Shown piece after piece: positions 7,188-14,952 of a stretch of DNA of 39,198 nucleotides. The number at the start of each line of letters is the position of its first letter. Within the stretch, counting starts at the first letter, position 1. The notes below the pieces were generated by a model. It was not told the origin of the DNA, made no database searches, and worked only from the letters and a program-made list of their open reading frames with translations. The DNA comes from Actinomycetota bacterium (GTDB lineage: Bacteria > Actinomycetota > Actinomycetes > S36-B12 > UBA5976). A program made the translations under genes and the position numbers. Where the stretch lies: contig JBEGOT010000046.1 in the NCBI GenBank assembly GCA_041181865.1, positions 1 to 39,198 of the forward strand, in the 5' to 3' direction.

Positions 7188-8186
7188 GTGTCAATTAATC
7201 AGACGTATGCGCAGTTAAGTAATTTTTTTGTTTACGGAGCGATGACTACGCTCACAGTTGGCATGGCCGCTTTCAGCATTGCACTTGCTAAAGGTCGCAA
7301 GCTTGAAACTCTTGAAGATTCTGCGAAGCGAACCGGATCAGGATCAATTGCAACACGTCTTGGTTCAACACTTACATTAGAAAACCCATCTGTTTCAACT
7401 GCCACTGAATCTGGTGCCGGACGTCGCTCAGGCAACATCGGCATGGCAGTTATGTGGCTATCAACTATTTTGATTGGTGCCGCATTAGTTTTCCGCGGAC
7501 TTTCAGCTGGACGTTTGCCGTGGGGCAACATGTACGAATTTTCTTTGGCTGCTGCATTTTCAGTTAGCGCTGCATACTGCGCACTTTCACTAAAGCGCGA
7601 CCTTCGCTGGCTTGGGTTATTTATCACCATTCCAGTTCTCTTGGATCTTGGTTTAGCAATTACTGTCCTTTACACCGAAAGTGCTCCGCTAGTTCCAGCG
7701 CTTCGTTCATACTGGCTTGCAATTCACGTAACAGCAGCAATTGTTTGTATGGGTGCATTTACAGTTGGCGCGCTACTTTCAGCGCTGTATTTAGTGGCGC
7801 AAAATGCTGAAACAAGAGTTATTGCAAATGAAACAGCAAAACGAATAGATGGCCTAGCTAAGCGCTTACCAAGCTCAGATCGATTAGATCTAATGGCATA
7901 TCGAATTCATGCTTTCATGTTTCCGCTTTGGACTTTTTCGGTAGTAGCTGGATCTATTTGGGCTGAAGCAGCTTGGGGCCGTTACTGGGGCTGGGATCCA
8001 AAAGAAACTTGGGCATTTATTACTTGGGTTATTTACGCCGCCTACCTGCACGCTCGCGCAACAATTGGTTGGCGTGGCAGAAAAGCTGCTTACGTAGCCA
8101 TCGCTGGATTCTTAGCAATTATGTTCAATTACTTCATCGTGAATATGTTTGTGCAGGGTCTGCACTCATATTCAGGTCTTAATTAG
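7188..8186 (+). CDS. ccsB: Cytochrome c-type biogenesis protein CcsB/ResC (System II heme handling)
   Basis: A polytopic membrane protein carrying the WWD heme-handling motif, WGRYWGWDPKETWAFITW. Confidence 0.92.
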   Translation: MSINQTYAQLSNFFVYGAMTTLTVGMAAFSIALAKGRKLETLEDSAKRTGSGSIATRLGSTLTLENPSVSTATESGAGRRSGNIGMAVMWLSTILIGAALVFRGLSAGRLPWGNMYEFSLAAAFSVSAAYCALSLKRDLRWLGLFITIPVLLDLGLAITVLYTESAPLVPALRSYWLAIHVTAAIVCMGAFTVGALLSALYLVAQNAETRVIANETAKRIDGLAKRLPSSDRLDLMAYRIHAFMFPLWTFSVVAGSIWAEAAWGRYWGWDPKETWAFITWVIYAAYLHARATIGWRGRKAAYVAIAGFLAIMFNYFIVNMFVQGLHSYSGLN

Positions 8187-9063
8187 AGAAGTAAATTGAA
8201 ATACTGCTTATCACTGAAAAGATCAACAGTAAGCGACCGGTGAACATCAATACGGGGACTAATTCACGGCCGGTTTTACCCGTTTGAACTAAATGCAATG
8301 GATAACGCGCAGACAAAATTGAAAAAAGCCCAACGTATCCATAAACCGGTCCATCAGGATCAAAAGTTCCAATAACTGGCATTAAGAAAGCCAAGACGAT
8401 CATAAATTTATAAAACTCACGTGTTTTGTGATCACCAAGTCGAACTGCAAGCGTTTTCTTACCATTTAGTTGATCAGTTGGGATATCGCGCAGGTTATTA
8501 GCAATCAAAATGGCAGTTGATAGTGCGCCACAGGAAACACCAGCTAGTACTTCAGTTATCTGAATAGTCTCTGTTTGTGCATAAGTCGTACCAATTACAG
8601 CTACTAAGCCAAAGAAAATAAAAACAAATAATTCACCAAAACCGGCATAGCCGTAAGGATTTTTTCCACCGGTGTAATACCAAGCGGCGATTATTGAAAG
8701 TAGGCCAACAAGCAGCAATATCCAAAGTCCAGTAATCAAAGTGATTAGCAGTCCAGCAATTGCTGCCACACCAAAACTTAAAAATGCAGCGCGCTTAACT
8801 TGCTCAGGCTTTGCTAAACCTTGACCAACAAGGCGAATTGGACCAACGCGTTCTTCGTCAGTCCCGCGTATACCGTCGCTGTAATCGTTTGCGTAGTTCA
8901 CGCCAACTTGAAGTGAAACTGCAACTACCATCGCAAGAATTGCAACCATCGGTCTAAAACTTCCATGGAATTCTGCGATTGAACTACCCAGCAATACTGG
9001 TGAAATTGCAGCCGGCAAAGTTAGTGGGCGAGCACCTTGGTACCACTGATCTCGGGTTGCCAT
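8179..9063 (-). CDS. menA: 1,4-dihydroxy-2-naphthoate polyprenyltransferase
   Basis: A UbiA-family membrane prenyltransferase with NDYSDGIRGTDE (NDxxDxxxD) and a second Asp-rich region. Its 3' end overlaps the ccsB 3' end by 8 nt. Confidence 0.92.
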   Translation of the reverse strand: MATRDQWYQGARPLTLPAAISPVLLGSSIAEFHGSFRPMVAILAMVVAVSLQVGVNYANDYSDGIRGTDEERVGPIRLVGQGLAKPEQVKRAAFLSFGVAAIAGLLITLITGLWILLLVGLLSIIAAWYYTGGKNPYGYAGFGELFVFIFFGLVAVIGTTYAQTETIQITEVLAGVSCGALSTAILIANNLRDIPTDQLNGKKTLAVRLGDHKTREFYKFMIVLAFLMPVIGTFDPDGPVYGYVGLFSILSARYPLHLVQTGKTGRELVPVLMFTGRLLLIFSVISSISIYFSN

Positions 9064-10365
9064 TTAACCAACTGCTCCTGGATGTTTTATTTTTCCGCTG
9101 GCGATATCTTCGCTAGCGCTAATTCTCAAACTTAGTCGATCAATTTTTCCTGAATCGAGCATGGGTAAGTGTTCAACAAATTCAATTGAACGTGGCGTTG
9201 CTGCGCGACCAATCCGGTCAGAAACAGTTTGTTTGATTAGTTCACTCAAATTAGCGCGATCAATATTTTGGTTTCGTAAAACTATGTAAGCCATCGGGAT
9301 TGATCCCCACAATTCATCGGCAATATCGATCACAGCAACATCTGAAATTGCTGGGTGGTGCCTCAAAATTGCTTCGACTGCAGAAAGTGAAACATCTGTA
9401 CCACCAACTTGAACTACGTCATCAAGTCGACCTAGAACATGCAAAAGTCCACTTTGATCCAACTTGCCAACATCATGAGTGATTAATTTATTTTCAATAA
9501 ATGCAACCGCATCCAAATCAGGACGCAGTCTGTAACCAGATGCCAGCACTGGACCAGAAATAGTTATTCGTCCTGGTTCGACATCATCTTTAGTGCCAAG
9601 TGAAATTGAAACCCCATTTAGCGTTTGACCGTCATAAATACAGCCACCGCAGGTTTCCGTCATGCCATAAGAAATTACAACTTTCACACCAAGTTCACGG
9701 AGTCGATTAAGCATTGGTTGTGGAGTTGCAGCTGCGCCGCTCAGGACTAAGTCATATGCCAACAAGCTTTCAATACCAACAGAACCTGATTCAAGTAGTC
9801 GACCAATTTGAGTTGGCACTAGCGAAACAACAAGTGGCTTCCCATCTTGTTTACTTTCCCTGACCGCTTGCATAGTTGTTACTGAAAAAGTTGCTGGATC
9901 AAAAGGTCTTGCGCCACCAGTTGACGGATCAATTACATATGGATTGCCGTACAAAAACGCACGCGTTAAAACCATGATGCCGGCAATGCGATGCGCTGGC
10001 ATCGCCATAACCCAACGAAAATCTTTTCCGAATCGAGCAGCAAACGCGTCAGCTGAAGATTTAATCGCACTTGTGGTTAATAAAACCCCGCGTGGATTTC
10101 CCGTTGATCCGCTCGTTGAGCAAACAACTGCAATGTCTGGTGACTCAAGTGGAAAATTAGGATCCTGTGGTTTGATCGCGTCATTTAGTAAATTAACTAG
10201 CCCGGCTGGCCCAGTTGGCATTGGAGCAACTGCTGGACCAGATCCATCTAGTGCTCGCTTAAGCATTGGGGCAAGCCGATTAACCCCACCTGAACCTGGT
10301 GGAATTGGTACGGCTATTAGTTTGCGGTCACCTGCAATATCGCCGGATATGTCAGATTGCGTCAT
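9064..10365 (-). CDS. menE: o-Succinylbenzoate-CoA ligase (adenylate-forming enzyme)
   Basis: AMP-binding motifs are present: CSTSGSTGNPRGVLLT, YGMTET and GKIDR. I place the start at the internal ATG (complement of 10363-10365, giving MTQSDISG...). The longer track ORF running to 10497 would overlap menB by 82 nt. Confidence 0.88.
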   Translation of the reverse strand: MTQSDISGDIAGDRKLIAVPIPPGSGGVNRLAPMLKRALDGSGPAVAPMPTGPAGLVNLLNDAIKPQDPNFPLESPDIAVVCSTSGSTGNPRGVLLTTSAIKSSADAFAARFGKDFRWVMAMPAHRIAGIMVLTRAFLYGNPYVIDPSTGGARPFDPATFSVTTMQAVRESKQDGKPLVVSLVPTQIGRLLESGSVGIESLLAYDLVLSGAAATPQPMLNRLRELGVKVVISYGMTETCGGCIYDGQTLNGVSISLGTKDDVEPGRITISGPVLASGYRLRPDLDAVAFIENKLITHDVGKLDQSGLLHVLGRLDDVVQVGGTDVSLSAVEAILRHHPAISDVAVIDIADELWGSIPMAYIVLRNQNIDRANLSELIKQTVSDRIGRAATPRSIEFVEHLPMLDSGKIDRLSLRISASEDIASGKIKHPGAVG

Positions 10366-10415
10366 TATGACTAGCCTAGACGCGAGAGTAAAACAACGAA
10401 TATAAAGGCACTCGT

Positions 10416-11348
10416 ATGGACACCCGAAATAAGTATGTATTGCCACCAGTGGTTGCAGATAACAGTCCTGCGAAGAGCGATCCAAGTTATTCATCAATCA
10501 AACTTGCTTGCGACTGGAAGTCTGTTGGTAAGTACCAGGACATCAAGTTTGAAGTTTCAACTGGCGAAGATTCAGGTATTGCCAAGATCACGATTAATCG
10601 TCCAGAAAAAAGAAATGCTTTCAGGCCACAGACAGTCAAAGAATTAATTCATGCACTTGATTCTGCTCGCGATGACACGTCTGTTGGCGTAGTTATTTTG
10701 ACTGGTCAAGGCGACTGGGCTTTCTGTAGCGGTGGCGATCAAATGATTCGCGGCGATGATGGTTACATCGGCGACGATGAAATCGCGCAAGCCGGTGTTG
10801 GTCGCTTAAACGTTTTAGATTTACAAATTGCAATTCGACGAATTCCAAAACCGGTAATCGCAATGGTTGCTGGTTATTCAATCGGCGGTGGCCATGTGCT
10901 TCACGTCGTTTGTGATTTAACAATTGCCGCAGACAACGCTCGCTTTGGTCAGACTGGTCCAAAAGTTGGATCGTTTGATGGTGGTTACGGTTCAGGTTTA
11001 CTTGCTCGTCACATTGGACAAAAACGTGCTCGTGAAATTTGGTACACCTGCCGTCAGTACGGCGCTGAGCAAGCTTATGACTGGGGATTAGTAAACCAAG
11101 TTGTTCCGCTAACTGATCTTGAAGAAGAAACGGTTAAGTGGTGTAAAGAAATGCTTGAACTATCACCGCTTGCACTTCGCATGCTTAAAGCAAGTCACAA
11201 TGCTGCCGATGACGGTTTGGCCGGCGTTCAGCAACTTGCTGGCGATGCAACTCTGCTTTTCTACATGAGCGAAGAAGCACAAGAAGGTCGCAATGCTTAT
11301 AAAGAAAAGCGTCGCCCAGACTTCAAGAAATTCCCAAAGCGTCCGTAA
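10416..11348 (+). CDS. menB: 1,4-dihydroxy-2-naphthoyl-CoA synthase
   Basis: A crotonase fold with [32 protein letters not shown] and [14 protein letters not shown]. Confidence 0.95.
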   Translation: MDTRNKYVLPPVVADNSPAKSDPSYSSIKLACDWKSVGKYQDIKFEVSTGEDSGIAKITINRPEKRNAFRPQTVKELIHALDSARDDTSVGVVILTGQGDWAFCSGGDQMIRGDDGYIGDDEIAQAGVGRLNVLDLQIAIRRIPKPVIAMVAGYSIGGGHVLHVVCDLTIAADNARFGQTGPKVGSFDGGYGSGLLARHIGQKRAREIWYTCRQYGAEQAYDWGLVNQVVPLTDLEEETVKWCKEMLELSPLALRMLKASHNAADDGLAGVQQLAGDATLLFYMSEEAQEGRNAYKEKRRPDFKKFPKRP

Positions 11349-11366
11349 TCAGATCAACATTTAAAA

Positions 11367-12407
11367 ATGTCGATTGAAAACTTAGCTGCTGGAAGTAAAG
11401 CTTTTGCACTTCCACTAACAATGAAATTTCGAGAAACCATAATTCGTCAAGGTTTAGTTTTCGAGGGAACAGATGGTTGGGGCGAGTTCGCTCCGTTTGA
11501 TAACTATGACGATGAAATTTCTGGTCGCTGGCTTGCTGGCGCATTAGAGCAAGCTTTTACTCAGTGGCCAGATCCAATTCGCAGCAGTGTTCCAATTAAC
11601 GCAATAATTCCCGCTGTCGATGCAACAGCAGCAGCGGCCTTAACTTTTCGTGCTGTAGTTGAATCTGGAATGACGACTTTGAAAGTTAAAGTTGCTGAGC
11701 CAGGTCAGAGTATTGAAGAAGATTTAGCCAGACTCGAAGCAATTAGATTGCAGCTATCTGATCTTGGTGTGCTTGATGTCAATATTCGAATTGATGTTAA
11801 TGGCAGATGGAGTGCACCAGAAGCGATCAAATTAATTGGTAAGTATGAAATTGCAGCTGGGGGACTTGACTACATAGAGCAGCCGTGCGCTTCGCTTGCT
11901 GAGTGCGCCCAAGTTAAAAAAGAAACTTCAATTCGGATAGCCGTTGATGAAGGGCTTCGCCTAGCAAAACAAATAGATCCAGTTGCAATTAGAAACAGCG
12001 CCGATGTTTTAGTGGTGAAGTCAATTCCAATGGGTGGCGTTGCGCAATCACTTGCTGCAATAAATGCTGTCGATCTTCCGGTGGTAGTCAGTGGAAGCCT
12101 GGATACATCAATTGGATTAGCAAGTGGATTGCAACTTGCTGCATCAGTTTCTGATTTGGCTGGTGCCTGCGGCCTTGGAACTGGAATGCTATTTGAAAAA
12201 GATTTAGTTACATCACCACTTGTTCCACGCGATGGTCACATTTATGTTGCTAAACCAATTCCAGACCCCGGTTTATTAAATGAAGCCAATGAAGCAGTCT
12301 CATTAAAAGACCAAAAATCTTGGCAGGATCGCATGATTCGTTCTTGGTATGCAAGTGCCGTTAAGTTGGTTTCACCAGAAGTTAGGCAGGCGGTGGAACA
12401 GTGGTAA
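11367..12407 (+). CDS. menC: o-Succinylbenzoate synthase (enolase superfamily)
   Basis: Its position between menB and menD supports the call. GWGEFAPF and the enolase-superfamily metal-ligand pattern are present (IRIDVNGRW, YIEQPC, IAVDE). Confidence 0.88.
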   Translation: MSIENLAAGSKAFALPLTMKFRETIIRQGLVFEGTDGWGEFAPFDNYDDEISGRWLAGALEQAFTQWPDPIRSSVPINAIIPAVDATAAAALTFRAVVESGMTTLKVKVAEPGQSIEEDLARLEAIRLQLSDLGVLDVNIRIDVNGRWSAPEAIKLIGKYEIAAGGLDYIEQPCASLAECAQVKKETSIRIAVDEGLRLAKQIDPVAIRNSADVLVVKSIPMGGVAQSLAAINAVDLPVVVSGSLDTSIGLASGLQLAASVSDLAGACGLGTGMLFEKDLVTSPLVPRDGHIYVAKPIPDPGLLNEANEAVSLKDQKSWQDRMIRSWYASAVKLVSPEVRQAVEQW

Positions 12408-14026
12408 ATCCTTCGACTGATCTTGCCGTTGAAATTTCTGCACACCTTTTGGATGCTGGAACGAAACACGTTGTTGTTTGTCCAGGTTCGCGTTCAGCCC
12501 CGCTTTCTTGGCAGTTTGCCTCACTTGCAAGTGAAGGCTTAATTACCCTGCATACTCGAATCGATGAGCGAGAGGCAGGATTTTTAGCCCTTGGTCTTGC
12601 TAAGGCAACTGGTAAACCAGTTCCAGTTGTGGTTACTTCTGGAACTGCAGTTGCAAACTTATTGCCAGCTGTAGCCGAAGCACATCACAGTGGAATTCCA
12701 CTAGTGGTGTTAAGCGCTGATCGACCTGAAAAAGTTCGCGGACATGGCGCGCCACAGACGACTTTGCAAAATGGAATGTTTGCAAATTTTGTTAAGGCAA
12801 CTGTTGATACTTCTGTTCCAACTCCCAAAATTGCCGAAGCTTTAGCACTTGCATTGACGAATCACTGCGGGCCAATTCAAATTAACGCGCAATTTGATAT
12901 GCCGCTAATGCCAGATGACATCACCCCACATATTCCAAAAATTAAAAATTTCGAAATTGAAAATAATGATCCAAATAGGCAAACTCTGGAACTTCACCCA
13001 CACGGTGTTTTAGTAATCGGTGATGTTAAATCAAGTAAATATGTTGATCAGCTAAAACAGTTGGCTAAGAATGCCGGTTACCCAATTATTTGGGAGCCTA
13101 CTGCGCAGGTTCAAGACAGTGAAATTGCACTTTGTCATGGATCCCTACTTTTACAAACCGGAAAAACACCAACACCAGAAGTTGTAATTAGTGCTGGACA
13201 AATTGGTTTATCCAGAAGTGTTCTTGGTTTACTCAAATCAGCAAAGCAACACATTGCAATACATTTACCAACTGCTAGTAGTGATTTACCAGACCCAGTA
13301 TTAAGTGCCGATCAAATTCTAAATTTTGTTCCAGAAGTGAAGAACCAAATCGATTCAGCTTGGTTATCAAGCTGGCAATCTCTTGATAAAAATGCTCACG
13401 AAGTAATTAATCAGAATTTATCTGGTGAAACTTTGACTGGACCTAGTGCTGCAGTTTCAATTTGGAAACTGTTACCAAATGAAGCCAATCTATTTATTTC
13501 TCCATCCTGGCCAGTGCGACATATTGAAATGTATGGAAATACCCGCGAAGGATTAGCCACCTTTGGAAATCGCGGAGTAAATGGAATTGATGGTCTGATT
13601 TCAAGTGCAGCTGGAGTAGCGCTTGCTAAGAAGTCACGCACTTATTTATTAATAGGTGACATTGCTTTCCTACATGGAATGGGTGGGTTAAATGTTGCTG
13701 AGCCAAACCAGATCCCTGATTTGACTGTTGTTGTACTAGACAACGATGGGAGTGGAATTTTTAGTCAGCTAGAACAAGGTGAGCACAAATACCAGAAGCA
13801 TTTTGAGCAAGTATTTGGTACACCACACGGAAAAGACTTGTGGGTTATTGCTGAAAGTCTGGGCGTACCTGCTGTCCGTGTAACCACTCAAAGTGAATTA
13901 ACTAGTGCTTTAAATCGCACAAATAAGATTCCAGGAATGCATGTCATTGTCTGTACAACTGGTAGCCGCGGCGATGAGCAAGCGCAAATAAATCAAATAC
14001 TCAAAGAGGTCACTGAAGCACTTTAA
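12401..14026 (+). CDS. menD: 2-Succinyl-5-enolpyruvyl-6-hydroxy-3-cyclohexene-1-carboxylate (SEPHCHC) synthase
   Basis: A ThDP enzyme with HVVVCPGSRSAPLS, VVTSGTAVANLLPAVAEA and GDIAFLHGMGGLN...LDNDGSGIF. The GTG start overlaps the menC stop. Confidence 0.93.
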   Translation: MVNPSTDLAVEISAHLLDAGTKHVVVCPGSRSAPLSWQFASLASEGLITLHTRIDEREAGFLALGLAKATGKPVPVVVTSGTAVANLLPAVAEAHHSGIPLVVLSADRPEKVRGHGAPQTTLQNGMFANFVKATVDTSVPTPKIAEALALALTNHCGPIQINAQFDMPLMPDDITPHIPKIKNFEIENNDPNRQTLELHPHGVLVIGDVKSSKYVDQLKQLAKNAGYPIIWEPTAQVQDSEIALCHGSLLLQTGKTPTPEVVISAGQIGLSRSVLGLLKSAKQHIAIHLPTASSDLPDPVLSADQILNFVPEVKNQIDSAWLSSWQSLDKNAHEVINQNLSGETLTGPSAAVSIWKLLPNEANLFISPSWPVRHIEMYGNTREGLATFGNRGVNGIDGLISSAAGVALAKKSRTYLLIGDIAFLHGMGGLNVAEPNQIPDLTVVVLDNDGSGIFSQLEQGEHKYQKHFEQVFGTPHGKDLWVIAESLGVPAVRVTTQSELTSALNRTNKIPGMHVIVCTTGSRGDEQAQINQILKEVTEAL

Positions 14027-14094
14027 ATTACGAGATTTTGTCAGGTCTTGGTACTAATCTGGCGATAACCAAAATTTCTGGAGACGTAACTTAA

Positions 14095-14952
14095 GTGGCC
14101 GATAAATTCTTAAAAGTCGATGTTTTGCAACCACAAAATGCAAAACTTCCAAAACGTGTTTCATTTTCACAAATGTCTTTATTTCAACAATGTGGTTTGA
14201 AGTATTTCTTTTCCTACATAGATAGCTGGCGGGAGCCACCAACTGCAGCCCTTGCAGGTGGTTCAATCACTCATGATGTGATCGAACGTTTATACCGATT
14301 ACCCAATGAAGAGCGAACTTTGCCAAAAGCTATGGAAATTTTGCGTGAGTACGGCCCAAAGTTTTTACAGCAATCTGAATACAAAAAATTTGCTGATGAC
14401 ATGCAAATGAAGCAATCTGTTAAAGATGCAGTTGAAGGTCTATTTAAAGTTGAAGATCCAACCAATCTTGAAGTCAAACCTGAACACTTAGAGATGGAAC
14501 TAAGCGTTGACATCAATGGTGTGAACTTCTTTGGCAAGGTAGACCGCTTTACTCAAGCTGGCGTTAATCGCGTCACTGACTACAAAACGGGTAAAAGTCC
14601 AGGAAAATTTGTTGACGGAAAATTAGCTCAACCGTATTTATACGCTCTTGGCTACAAAGCCCAATACGACATTGACGTTGATGAAGTTGAACTAATTTTT
14701 CTTAATGCGCATGAAGTGGTTCGTCGCCCCGCAGATTGGGGACTAGTAACTAAAGTTGGCGAAGAATTAGCTGTGATGCGCTCTGACAGTGAAACAAGTT
14801 TGAATAATTCTGCTTGGGATGCAAAAGTTTCAAAACTTTGCGATTACTGCGCTTTCCAAGAAGTTTGTGCTGCGCGCAATCCAGATGCACCGCAGCCAGG
14901 AAGTGAAGCCGCCGCCGCAAAGCTCACCGCCGCAGGTCTTCTCCACAAGTAA
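14095..14952 (+). CDS. PD-(D/E)XK nuclease, RecB/AddB/Cas4-like, with a predicted 4Fe-4S cluster
   Basis: The nuclease core is GKVDRF...VTDYKTGK plus QPYLYALGY (QxxxY). The four-cysteine arrangement has an N-terminal Cys in LFQQCGLKYF and a C-terminal CDYCAFQEVC, the pattern of Cas4/AddB iron-staple nucleases. A GGAG SD lies 11 nt upstream of the GTG. Confidence 0.8.
   Translation: MADKFLKVDVLQPQNAKLPKRVSFSQMSLFQQCGLKYFFSYIDSWREPPTAALAGGSITHDVIERLYRLPNEERTLPKAMEILREYGPKFLQQSEYKKFADDMQMKQSVKDAVEGLFKVEDPTNLEVKPEHLEMELSVDINGVNFFGKVDRFTQAGVNRVTDYKTGKSPGKFVDGKLAQPYLYALGYKAQYDIDVDEVELIFLNAHEVVRRPADWGLVTKVGEELAVMRSDSETSLNNSAWDAKVSKLCDYCAFQEVCAARNPDAPQPGSEAAAAKLTAAGLLHK

Noticed and set aside
10366-10497. 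A 44-codon N-terminal extension of the menE ORF (track ORF 9064-10497), starting [15 protein letters not shown]...
   Set aside because: It would overlap the divergent menB coding region by 82 nt. The extension is Cys/Tyr-rich with no resemblance to adenylate-forming enzymes. The internal ATG (complement of 10363-10365) gives a normal MenE N-terminus and a sensible 50-bp divergent spacer.
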